From: an uncultured Candidatus Saccharibacteria bacterium
GTDB lineage: Bacteria > Patescibacteriota > Minisyncoccia > Phycocordibacterales > UBA2100
Assembly (NCBI GenBank): GCA_964545165.1
Contig: CAZJEQ010000003.1
Span: forward strand, 52,990-116,989
Reading direction: 5' to 3'
DNA: 64,000 nt
The notes beneath the pieces are model-generated. The model was not told the DNA's origin. It searched no databases and saw nothing but the letters and a program-made list of their open reading frames with translations. Shown here piece after piece: positions 48,622 through 57,412 of this stretch (position 1 is the first letter of the stretch; each line of letters begins with the position of its first letter). The position numbers and the translations under genes were made by a program.

Positions 48622-49086
48622 ATGCCCACTCGTTACAACGACCACGACTGCTTGATGTTCGTCATGCAGGGAGACGCGACGCGCGTATTCAGCGTGTTCG
48701 ACCTGCCCGATAACAAGGGCGCGCTCGACGAATACGTCGGCACCAGGCTGACCTCGTACAATCTGTGCGACCACCAGGGGGACCTGAGCGACTACTGCGC
48801 CCTCATCACGTACGGCACCGCCAAATACTTCTTCTACGTGCGCGTGCAGGAGGAAGACAATCGGCGTATCGCCCGCATGTTCTTCGGCGAGACGCTCATG
48901 CCAGACATGGTAGAGAAGTTGCGAGCGTGGCGCGAAAACAGCGAAACCGAGGCCGCTCTCCGCAACAAGGATGTCGCAGGAGCGCACGCACTCGAATCGT
49001 TCAAGCGCGTATTGGAGCGCACCGGCATCATCATGGCCCACGGGTTGCCGGAGCATGCATACTTCCGTATCGCGCCCGCGCGCTAG
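48622..49086 (+). CDS. Hypothetical protein
   Basis: AAGGAGG SD 5 nt before ATG 48622, C/G-ending codons and a terminator downstream. Confidence 0.75.
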   Translation: MPTRYNDHDCLMFVMQGDATRVFSVFDLPDNKGALDEYVGTRLTSYNLCDHQGDLSDYCALITYGTAKYFFYVRVQEEDNRRIARMFFGETLMPDMVEKLRAWRENSETEAALRNKDVAGAHALESFKRVLERTGIIMAHGLPEHAYFRIAPAR

Positions 49087-49107
49087 CGCGATGCGCCCCG
49101 ATCATGG

Positions 49108-49137
49108 ACGGCCCGTTTTCACGGGCCGTTTTGTTTT
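49108..49137 (+). terminator. Intrinsic terminator
   Basis: ACGGCCCGT-TTTC-ACGGGCCGT followed by TTTGTTTT. Confidence 0.8.
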
Positions 49138-50419
49138 AATCTGCGATCTGCTCAGCGACTTTGTAGATATCGCCCGCACCCATGAAGAGGACGAGATCAT
49201 TTGCTCCGGTCGAGGTAAGAATTTCAGTGCGAATGGTGTCGAAATTCGGGAGTGCGACGACGTTTTGGTTCACCCGCTCAATCGCGACCGCAAGCTTCTG
49301 ACTCGAAATCTCGGTCGTGTTCTCTTCTCGTGCCGCATAGATCGGTGCGAGAATGACGCGATCCGCCATCGAGAGCGCCCCGACGAATCCCGCAAATAGG
49401 TCACGCGTGCGTGAATAGAGGTGCGGATGAAAGACCACGACGATGTTCTTCTCGGGGAAACGCTCGCGCGCCGCCACAATCGTCTTCTCGATGGCTGTCG
49501 GGTGATGCGCGTAGTCATCGTAGACCTGCGCACCCTGCAGTGTCTCACCTTTGTATTCAAATCGACGCCACGAGCCCTTGAAATCAATCAACGCTTTGTC
49601 AGTAAATTCTTCTTGCAGGTGGGGAAAGGCGGCACGCGCGGTGGCCTTGGCGGCACGTGCATTCATGCGATTGAATTCACCGATCTGTGCGAGCTCTGGC
49701 ACGGTCTGCGTCGTGTAGTCGATGATCGGCGCTGTGGCATCTCCCAATACCGCCGCGATAACCGGATCATACGGATTGGTCACGATGCAGCCATGCGCCG
49801 GGACCGACTCGGCGGCTTTTTTAAATGTCTCCTGGAGCGCCTCAAGATTCGGGAAGTAATCAGTGTGATCGAGCTCGATATTCGTGATCACGAGAATTTC
49901 TGGCGAGAGCTTCAAGAGGTGATCGCGATATTCGCACGCTTCGACGACGAGCAGATCCTCGCGGCCTGCCAAGAAATTCGAGCCGAAATCGCGCACGATG
50001 GAACCGACGATTGCCGTGGGACGCTTCTCGGCATAGTCGAGAATCTTGGCGAGCATCGCGGTCGTCGTGGTCTTACCGTGCGTTCCTGCCACCGCAATGG
50101 TGCGCATCGTCCGCGAGACCTCTCCGAGCGCTTCAAAATATGAGAGTTGTGGGATATCAAGCTCACCAGCGCGTACGCGTTCGGGATTCGTACTCGGTAC
50201 CGAATCGCTATAAATCACGAGTTCAATTTCCGCAGAGAGGAGCGCTTGCTCATGCCCGATAGTCACGACCGCGCCTTTCTCGGCCACGAGCTGCGTCGTA
50301 GGACTCTCATCGCGATCAGATCCGCTGACGATCTTGCCCTGCGTAATGAGCAGTTGCGCGAGTGCCGACATCCCAATGCCGCCAATCCCGACCATATGTA
50401 CGCGATTCGGTATCGTCAT
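49136..50419 (-). CDS. murC: UDP-N-acetylmuramate--L-alanine ligase
   Basis: Motifs GIGGIGMSALA, AGTHGKTTTT, VEACEY, DHTD, RRFE, DDYAHHP and MGAGDI. Start at 50419. Confidence 0.95.
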   Translation of the reverse strand: MTIPNRVHMVGIGGIGMSALAQLLITQGKIVSGSDRDESPTTQLVAEKGAVVTIGHEQALLSAEIELVIYSDSVPSTNPERVRAGELDIPQLSYFEALGEVSRTMRTIAVAGTHGKTTTTAMLAKILDYAEKRPTAIVGSIVRDFGSNFLAGREDLLVVEACEYRDHLLKLSPEILVITNIELDHTDYFPNLEALQETFKKAAESVPAHGCIVTNPYDPVIAAVLGDATAPIIDYTTQTVPELAQIGEFNRMNARAAKATARAAFPHLQEEFTDKALIDFKGSWRRFEYKGETLQGAQVYDDYAHHPTAIEKTIVAARERFPEKNIVVVFHPHLYSRTRDLFAGFVGALSMADRVILAPIYAAREENTTEISSQKLAVAIERVNQNVVALPNFDTIRTEILTSTGANDLVLFMGAGDIYKVAEQIAD

Positions 50420-50483
50420 GAAGCGAGCATACCATCTCGTGCAATACATTCGCTACTTCACGCAAACGCGATACACTGAAGCT

Positions 50484-50756
50484 GTGAAGAAAGCGCCAAC
50501 AAAAGCAAAATTCAATTTCGAGCAGCTGAAAACGACAGCGACACACCTCGACATTCGCGTGCGCATGAAGGCATTTACGGAATATTTCGATATGTTTGAG
50601 GAATTCCCCTCATATCTCTACGACAATAGCTCAGGCATCGATGAGACATTACTGAGCACGGTTGAGAAGCTCCGAGAAAATCCCGACACCAGTAAGCAAA
50701 TGAAAATCGGCATCGAGCTTCTGCTCAATCGCCTTCCTTCCGCGCAGATGCGCTAG
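50484..50756 (+). CDS. Small hypothetical protein (90 aa)
   Basis: GTG start 6 nt after TACACT; fills the gap between murC and gnd. Confidence 0.65.
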   Translation: MKKAPTKAKFNFEQLKTTATHLDIRVRMKAFTEYFDMFEEFPSYLYDNSSGIDETLLSTVEKLRENPDTSKQMKIGIELLLNRLPSAQMR

Positions 50757-51668
50757 TTACCTCACTTTGTGGCCGCCAAATTGGCCGCGCAGCGCTGAGA
50801 CGACTTTACCAACAAAGCTCGGATTGTTTTCTGAATCGATGCGAAATTGGTACGAATCTTCAATCACCGGCGCCGGTACGTTAAATTCTTTTGCTGTCTT
50901 GACCGTCCATTCGCCTTCTCCCGTGTGCCCGATGGTACTAGAAATATCCGCGAGATCCTGACCACTCTCCTTGATCGCCGATCCTGCCCATCCAACAAGT
51001 CGCGATTCGATGACGCTACCGTTGTTGTAGATCTCGGCAACATCCTCGAGATTGATCGCAAAAGGGGATGCTTTGAGCACGCCAAATCCTTCGGCAAGGG
51101 CCTGCATCATGCCGTATTCGATACCGTTATGAACCATCTTAACGAAATGCCCCGCGCCCGCGCCCGGGAAGAATTTGTATGCCGTGCCGTCTTTGGCCAG
51201 ATCCTGGAAAAGTGGCTCGAATGCTTTGAATGCACTCTCGTCACCACCGACCATGAGGCACGCGCCGTTGAGTGCGCCACCGGGGCCGCCGGAGAACCCG
51301 ACATCTATAAAGCGAATACCTTTTTCGGCGAGCTGCTTTCCATGCTCGATCGATTCTTTGTAAAACGAGTTGCCGCCGTCCATCACCACGTCGCCCGGCT
51401 GCAAAATACTCGCGAGCTGTCTGAGGACATCTTCAACCGGCTTGCCCGCAGGGACCATCAGCCACACGAGACGCGGGGTATCACTCCCTGCGATCTCCGC
51501 AATGCTCGTGATCTGCTTCATGCCGGTCTCCATGGCCAATGCAGCGGTGACCTCCGCATTCATATCCATGCCTGCTACCGACCACCCTTTCTGCGTAAGA
51601 CGGCGGACAATGTTGGCACCCATCTTGCCAAGGCCGAGTATATTGAGCTCTTTTTTCATGTCAGTCAC
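50757..51668 (-). CDS. gnd: 6-phosphogluconate dehydrogenase (short-chain, decarboxylating)
   Basis: Motifs GLGKMG, MVPAG, DGGNS, SGG, GHFVKMVHNGIEYG, GEGEWT and FGGH. Confidence 0.93.
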   Translation of the reverse strand: MTDMKKELNILGLGKMGANIVRRLTQKGWSVAGMDMNAEVTAALAMETGMKQITSIAEIAGSDTPRLVWLMVPAGKPVEDVLRQLASILQPGDVVMDGGNSFYKESIEHGKQLAEKGIRFIDVGFSGGPGGALNGACLMVGGDESAFKAFEPLFQDLAKDGTAYKFFPGAGAGHFVKMVHNGIEYGMMQALAEGFGVLKASPFAINLEDVAEIYNNGSVIESRLVGWAGSAIKESGQDLADISSTIGHTGEGEWTVKTAKEFNVPAPVIEDSYQFRIDSENNPSFVGKVVSALRGQFGGHKVR

Positions 51669-53103
51669 TGATATCTGATTGTTCTAAAATTTCTTTCGTA
51701 TCAGGAGTGTACACCATGAGCGGCACGACATTCTGTTGCCAGGCTGCAAGGATCGGATCAGTAAAGCGCCACATCGCACGCACCTCCGCGGTCGAGATAA
51801 AGAGCGTCTGGTCGCCGCGCACACCATCGAGCAGCAGCTTCGCGTACTCCTCGACATACGCAACCTTCGCCTGCGGCTCGCGGAGCAGATAGTGAAATTC
51901 ACGACGCTCCGTCGCAAACGAGAAGCCCGGCGTCTTGGACCAGAATTCGATGAGAATCTCTTCGCGCGGCTCCAATCTGATTACGACCTCGTTTTTATGA
52001 TGCGGCTCCTCTGGTGGGCAGAGGCACGGCTGCGGATGACGGAACACAATACGGATTTCCTTTTGCGCGCTGCCAAGACGTTTCCCACCCTCCATCGTAA
52101 TCGGGACGCCGCGCCAATTCGGATGATCGAGGTAGGTGCGTACCTTAAAGAATGTCTCCGTCTCAGAATCCGGCTTCACACCATCAATCGCACGGTATCC
52201 CTCATACTGGGCGCGCACGGTCGAGCGCTCGATTTCTTTCTCGGACAAAGAGGGGAGGCACGCCAGGATCTCCGCTCGGCGCTCCTGAATAGCCGCCGCG
52301 TCAAAGCTCTCTGGGTGGCGCATCGTAAGCAGCGCGAGGATCTGCAGGAAGTGATTTTGTCCGACATCACGAAATGCGCCGACGTCGTCATAAAAGGCGC
52401 CGCGCTTCTCCACACCGATTTCCTCCAGCATGCTGATTTTGATGGATTCGATGAGCTTCGAGCCCCACTGCATCTCGAAGAGATTGTTGGCAAAGCGGAA
52501 GGTGAGTATGTTTTGCAACATTTCCTTGGCGAGGTAATGATCGATGCGATAGATCTGGTCCTCAGAAAAATACTGCGCGAGCAAGAGATCCAGCTCACGC
52601 GCTGTATCGGTATCCACACCAAAGGGCTTTTCCACCATCACGCGCATCCAGCCGCCGCCCGGCCCACACGGCTCCGAGAGACGCGAAGAGGAGAGTTGCT
52701 TAAAGATCGTTTCGTAAAATTCGGGTGCAACCGAGAGATAGAAGAGCTTGTTCGAGCAGACACCCCATTCCTGATCGAGCGTATCAAAGGTCGACTTCAA
52801 CGCCGCGTAACTCTCAGACTCGTCGAAGTCACCGCGCTGGAAGCGGAAAATCTTGAGAAAAGAGGCGAGTTCGTGCTTGGTAAATTTCTTGTTGCGGTGC
52901 TCGCTAATAGTCGTGACGATAAAATCTGCAAAAGTCTCATCCGTCAGATCACGGCGCGAGAATCCCACCACATGGAACATGGAGGGGAGTTCGTCCTTCT
53001 CGTATAAATAGTAGAGCGCGGGAATGACCTTGCGACGCATCAAATCTCCCGTCGCTCCAAACGCCACCAGAATCGTCGGAATATTCTCATGTGGCGCGAC
53101 CAT
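51661..53103 (-). CDS. zwf: Glucose-6-phosphate 1-dehydrogenase
   Basis: Motifs FGATGDL, EKPFG, RIDHYLAKE, RFAN, QNH and WRGVP. Start MVAPH at 53103 after TATAAT. Confidence 0.95.
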   Translation of the reverse strand: MVAPHENIPTILVAFGATGDLMRRKVIPALYYLYEKDELPSMFHVVGFSRRDLTDETFADFIVTTISEHRNKKFTKHELASFLKIFRFQRGDFDESESYAALKSTFDTLDQEWGVCSNKLFYLSVAPEFYETIFKQLSSSRLSEPCGPGGGWMRVMVEKPFGVDTDTARELDLLLAQYFSEDQIYRIDHYLAKEMLQNILTFRFANNLFEMQWGSKLIESIKISMLEEIGVEKRGAFYDDVGAFRDVGQNHFLQILALLTMRHPESFDAAAIQERRAEILACLPSLSEKEIERSTVRAQYEGYRAIDGVKPDSETETFFKVRTYLDHPNWRGVPITMEGGKRLGSAQKEIRIVFRHPQPCLCPPEEPHHKNEVVIRLEPREEILIEFWSKTPGFSFATERREFHYLLREPQAKVAYVEEYAKLLLDGVRGDQTLFISTAEVRAMWRFTDPILAAWQQNVVPLMVYTPDTKEILEQSDISD

Positions 53104-53401
53104 AGCGCTCGCATTATACCCGCCGGATACTGATAAGTTTGACTTCCCCCCTACCCTGTTCTCCGTTGAGTTATCCACAGGTCCGAGATCACACCCGAGA
53201 GCCATAATGATGACCGCGTTCGAACACTCGTAGGTGGAAAGTGAATCAGGGTGCAATTCCCTGGCTGTCGCGCAACCGTATAGTCGGAGCCTTTCCATTC
53301 CCCTCTTTCAAGGGCTACGTTCCGGCTCGCGCCAAGTCACCTTCCACAACTCCCCTTGTGGATCCTCATGACCCCGCGATCCGGGGTTTGTCGCGTATGT
53401 C

Positions 53402-55414
53402 ATGCAGGAAGTTGCAGAACAACCAATTGATTACGTATCCGAAAATAGTGTCGGCGATTTTGATTTTGAGCGCCCATTTGAAATTGCTAATGAAAACGAG
53501 ATGCAGCTGTCCGACGAGGAGGTCTCTCCCGAGCTACTCGCCGCGAACGACATCGATCCAGTGGGAGAAGCGATACGCCCGTATGTAGGTGAACAATCGG
53601 AGACGGTAACGAGAGCAGAAAATATAATGGAGATAAAAGATGGCGAACTAGTGGATAACAACAGCGGGCTATCTCTCACGCGAATGCTTGAAACATCTGG
53701 AAGCGATGCGGACAGGGCGCTGCACCAAGACATGATGCGGCAATGGCAAGAGGGCGGCAGCAATTTTTTTGTAAATCCGATATTGGAACCTGAATACTTT
53801 CCCGGCGGAGAGCGCTATTTCATTACAACGATGATCCTTGAAGCTGACGGCAAGAGTGTCAGTTATGAGACGCGCACTATTACTACTCTGTACAAGGACG
53901 AGGACGAGACGCCAGCGCGTGATAACGAATACGCGGAGTCCAGCTCTCAGCAATGGTCTGAACACACAGGGTCTCAGGAAATCGAGGCGAATTACCCGCA
54001 GAATGAACTCGCATATATGGAGCAGGCGGCAGCAGTTACGGTTGAAGAACCAGAGTCTGCCGATACCGAAGCAGCCATTACTACTACCGCACGAGAAAAC
54101 ACTCAATCTCAGCTTGAAGCAAACGTACCGACTACGATGGAGGTTCGTACAGAATCTGAAAAATCTATTGAATATTCGTACGCAGAAATTGCGCATCCAC
54201 GAGAAATACAGGCGCAGATATTAGGAGAATTCCTCGCCATGGAACAATTGCCTGCCATACCAGTAGAAGACGATTTTAATGAGCCAATTATCTTGAAGGC
54301 ACCTGAGCCAGCACAAGACATCCTGAACGAGGCACAGCGCGTTGAGCACTCAGAAACAAATCGGGCTCCTGTTGAAATCCCCACAAACAATGTTCCGAGA
54401 TTTGTAGAAACTCAAACCAGTGAAGTCATATTTGAACAAGCCGAAATTGTCCAAGAGCTCGCTGAGCAACCAGAAGTAACCGTACAGATTAAGACCGAGG
54501 TTCCTCGCACTAAACCTGCTGCTACCAGAGAAGTGCAGAGGATCGACGTACAGGACGCAGAGCTTCCGACATATGATTTTAAAGATGCGATTGATGAGAT
54601 CAGAGAAGTGACCTCAGTGGTTATAGAACAACAAGAGAAGCCCGTTGTGAAAGAGATTACGGAGCTTAAGCCAGAAGTAAAAACTGTCGAGCCACAAATT
54701 GTAGAAATCTTTAGAGGTCGCCGTGGTGCGCGACCAACGACTGAATCGGGATCATCAAGATCAAATCACGAGGAGCGGGCAGAGGAGCTGCGTACTGAGC
54801 CACAATCAATCGCCGAGCGAGCTGTCGAGCAGACACTTGAGCGATTCGCCGCTGAAATGATTCGCGCACGTCCCACGCAACAAGAAGATGCACACCGAGA
54901 GCCGTTCGTTGAGCTAAATGTACGTGCAGCTAATGAACATGATCTGGTCGTTGAAGCTGATGAGCAGGCACTGACCACACGTGAGCACGTACGAGTCGCA
55001 GAGAAAGTTGCGCCAATAATCCTTGAACAAAAGCCGACCATTTCATCAGAAACTCGTCTTCCCGATATTCCAGAAACACGTACTGATGAATCTCTACACA
55101 TCCCAGAGGAGCCTGCCGCTCAACCACATGTGACTGCTGAAGCCGCTCCTCAACGCACAGCGCATGAATCAGGCACTGTTGTTCCCTTCCCTGACCTCGC
55201 TCGCCCTGAGACAAGAGCAGCCTCTGGCATTGAACATATTCTTGAGCAGCTCCGCCTTCCCCGCTCCGCGAACACTCCTGAAGTGATCCGTGCTGCCAAC
55301 GAGAACCTCCGCACGAGCGCATCAAGTAATCTCGCTATGTCCGACGATGCCGACAATCAACCACGTACGCGCACCGTCAAATCTGGTCCGATCACGATGA
55401 GAATTGCCGCCTAA
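53402..55414 (+). CDS. Large acidic, mostly low-complexity hypothetical protein
   Basis: 670-aa open frame rich in Glu/Pro/Thr, with no TM or signal peptide seen; stops 4 nt before the Clp-like ORF. Confidence 0.8.
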   Translation: MQEVAEQPIDYVSENSVGDFDFERPFEIANENEMQLSDEEVSPELLAANDIDPVGEAIRPYVGEQSETVTRAENIMEIKDGELVDNNSGLSLTRMLETSGSDADRALHQDMMRQWQEGGSNFFVNPILEPEYFPGGERYFITTMILEADGKSVSYETRTITTLYKDEDETPARDNEYAESSSQQWSEHTGSQEIEANYPQNELAYMEQAAAVTVEEPESADTEAAITTTARENTQSQLEANVPTTMEVRTESEKSIEYSYAEIAHPREIQAQILGEFLAMEQLPAIPVEDDFNEPIILKAPEPAQDILNEAQRVEHSETNRAPVEIPTNNVPRFVETQTSEVIFEQAEIVQELAEQPEVTVQIKTEVPRTKPAATREVQRIDVQDAELPTYDFKDAIDEIREVTSVVIEQQEKPVVKEITELKPEVKTVEPQIVEIFRGRRGARPTTESGSSRSNHEERAEELRTEPQSIAERAVEQTLERFAAEMIRARPTQQEDAHREPFVELNVRAANEHDLVVEADEQALTTREHVRVAEKVAPIILEQKPTISSETRLPDIPETRTDESLHIPEEPAAQPHVTAEAAPQRTAHESGTVVPFPDLARPETRAASGIEHILEQLRLPRSANTPEVIRAANENLRTSASSNLAMSDDADNQPRTRTVKSGPITMRIAA

Positions 55415-55418
55415 ATAA

Positions 55419-57086
55419 ATGCGTATGTCCGACAAGAAAATCCCCTACTACAATCTCCGCCAAGAAGCCGAAGCAGGCAGACTTCCGATGCTTATCGGTC
55501 GCTTTGAAGAAATCGAGCGCCTGGATCGCATTGTGAATCGTCGCGTGAATAATAATGTCGCCATCGTGGCGCAGAGTGGCACGGGCAAGACAGCGCTCGT
55601 CTGGGGCTGGATGCGACACCTCACCTCACGAGAAGAATTCGCCGCACTCGAATTACTACAATTCGACACTGAGCACCTCTACGCGCTTGATGACGATCCG
55701 GCGCTCGAGGAGCGGTACATCGAAGCGCTCTTACACCTCCCGCAGTGCGTGCTCTTTATCGACGATTTCGGCCGTGAAGTCTCGCGCAACAGCGTGCTGA
55801 TGCAGCGGATCTTCCGCATCTACAAACGCATCCTCAAAGAAGCGCACATCCACATCGTACTCGCGATGACACCGCAAGAGCACGAGTGGTTTGAGCGCGA
55901 ATTCGCGGCATTCCTCCACCTCTTTGAGGTCGTTACGCTGAAGGAGCAGACTGCTCAAGAGCACGTACGCATCTTGAGCCGCACGATTCCCCAGCTCAAC
56001 AAAAAACATCGCATGATCGTGCCTGATTCGTCACTGCGCGAAGTCGTGGCATTCACCGAGCGCTTCCCGGCGCTCGGGCAGATGCCGAAAGCCGCGATCC
56101 GCATCCTCGATGAGAGTATTTCCTACAGTGCCTCCAAGCATCGCAAAGTATTGCGCCAAGACGCTATCGCGCATGTGATCGAAGCGAAAACGGGAGTGCC
56201 CAAATCCCGCCTCAATGCCGATGAGCTCGCTGATATCAAACATCTCGAGACCTCACTCAATGCCCGCGTGCGCGGCCAGGGCGATGCCATTGCACGGATT
56301 GCCAAGACGCTGCAGCGTGCAAAGCTCGGCCTCCGCAATCCCGATCGACCACTCGGCTCCTTCCTTCTCCTGGGTCCCTCCGGCGTCGGCAAGACCGAAA
56401 CCGCAAAGAGCGTCGCAGATCTTATCTTCGGCCGCTCCGAGAGCTTTGTGCGCTTCGATATGTCCGAATTCCAGCAAGACCATACGGTGCAACGACTCAT
56501 CGGCGCCCCCGCCGGATACGTGGGCTTCGAAGAAGGCGGTGCGCTCACCAATCAGCTGCGCAAAGAGCCGCACTCGCTGGTCCTCCTCGACGAAATCGAA
56601 AAAGCGCATCCCAAGGTCTTCGATATTTTCCTCCAGGTACTCGACGACGGCCGCCTTACCTCAGGACAGAACGAGACCGTCGATGCGCGCAACGCAATTG
56701 TGATGGCCACCTCAAATGCTGCGGTCCCAGAAATTCTTGACGTGTTTGCACATACTGACGGGCAGGTCGACGAAACGTTTATGCAAGAAAAAGTAATGCC
56801 GGCGCTCGCCAAGACCTTCCGTCTGGAATTTATTAATCGTTTCGATGCGATCCTCGTTTTCAAGCCACTCTCGGTATCAGGCCTCATCGAAATCGCGCAG
56901 CTGGAGATCAAGAAGATCGAGAAGCGTCTCGAGCGACACGGCGTGCAATTCGATTTTGTGCCCGCAGAGATAGAAGCAAAAATCGCGACACTTGCTGATC
57001 CACGTTTTGGTGCTCGTCCAGTGAAACGCTACATCGAAGAGACCTGCGAGACATTACTCGCCGACACCTTACTCGCCTCACGATAA
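55419..57086 (+). CDS. Atypical ClpA/ClpB-family AAA+ ATPase
   Basis: IGR..EI; degenerate NBD1 (AQSGTGKT, LFIDDF); intact NBD2 (GPSGVGKT, DMSEF, GYVG, LLDEIEKAH, EFINRFD, GARP). Confidence 0.9.
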   Translation: MRMSDKKIPYYNLRQEAEAGRLPMLIGRFEEIERLDRIVNRRVNNNVAIVAQSGTGKTALVWGWMRHLTSREEFAALELLQFDTEHLYALDDDPALEERYIEALLHLPQCVLFIDDFGREVSRNSVLMQRIFRIYKRILKEAHIHIVLAMTPQEHEWFEREFAAFLHLFEVVTLKEQTAQEHVRILSRTIPQLNKKHRMIVPDSSLREVVAFTERFPALGQMPKAAIRILDESISYSASKHRKVLRQDAIAHVIEAKTGVPKSRLNADELADIKHLETSLNARVRGQGDAIARIAKTLQRAKLGLRNPDRPLGSFLLLGPSGVGKTETAKSVADLIFGRSESFVRFDMSEFQQDHTVQRLIGAPAGYVGFEEGGALTNQLRKEPHSLVLLDEIEKAHPKVFDIFLQVLDDGRLTSGQNETVDARNAIVMATSNAAVPEILDVFAHTDGQVDETFMQEKVMPALAKTFRLEFINRFDAILVFKPLSVSGLIEIAQLEIKKIEKRLERHGVQFDFVPAEIEAKIATLADPRFGARPVKRYIEETCETLLADTLLASR

Positions 57087-57090
57087 ACCT

Positions 57091-57408
57091 ATGCACACAC
57101 GCGAAACACTTCCATCCCGCGAGCATTTCACCAACACTGCGGCGCCAGCGACGCAGGAAAAGGCACGTGTCTCACTCGCGCATGCCGACGAGATCCATGC
57201 GAGCCGCCGCACCATGCTCGAGGGTCTTGCCTCGAAAATCGGCTCACGCCTCTTCGAGGCCCTCTCGCGCAAAGTCGACCACGAACGCAGCGCCCTCGTC
57301 GAGATGATCGAGCGCGATGCGAAAGCCGCTGAGACCAAGCGCCGACTCGATAAGGTGCTCAAAACTGAATACTTTACGTACCGAAAACTTGATACCAATT
57401 TACTGTAA
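57091..57408 (+). CDS. Small helical hypothetical protein
   Basis: 105-aa ORF separated by 4 nt from both neighbours. Confidence 0.72.
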   Translation: MHTRETLPSREHFTNTAAPATQEKARVSLAHADEIHASRRTMLEGLASKIGSRLFEALSRKVDHERSALVEMIERDAKAAETKRRLDKVLKTEYFTYRKLDTNLL

Positions 57409-57412
57409 TCCT

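Noticed and set aside
20045-53007. Long antisense ORFs (20045-21013, 26257-27519, 51736-53007 and others)
   Set aside because: They lie opposite well-supported genes and are expected from GC-rich codon bias.
53171-53179. Perfect DnaA box TTATCCACA (and a one-mismatch box near 5738-5746) as oriC
   Set aside because: The boxes are isolated, with no cluster and no dnaA/dnaN nearby. At most they are regulatory sites.
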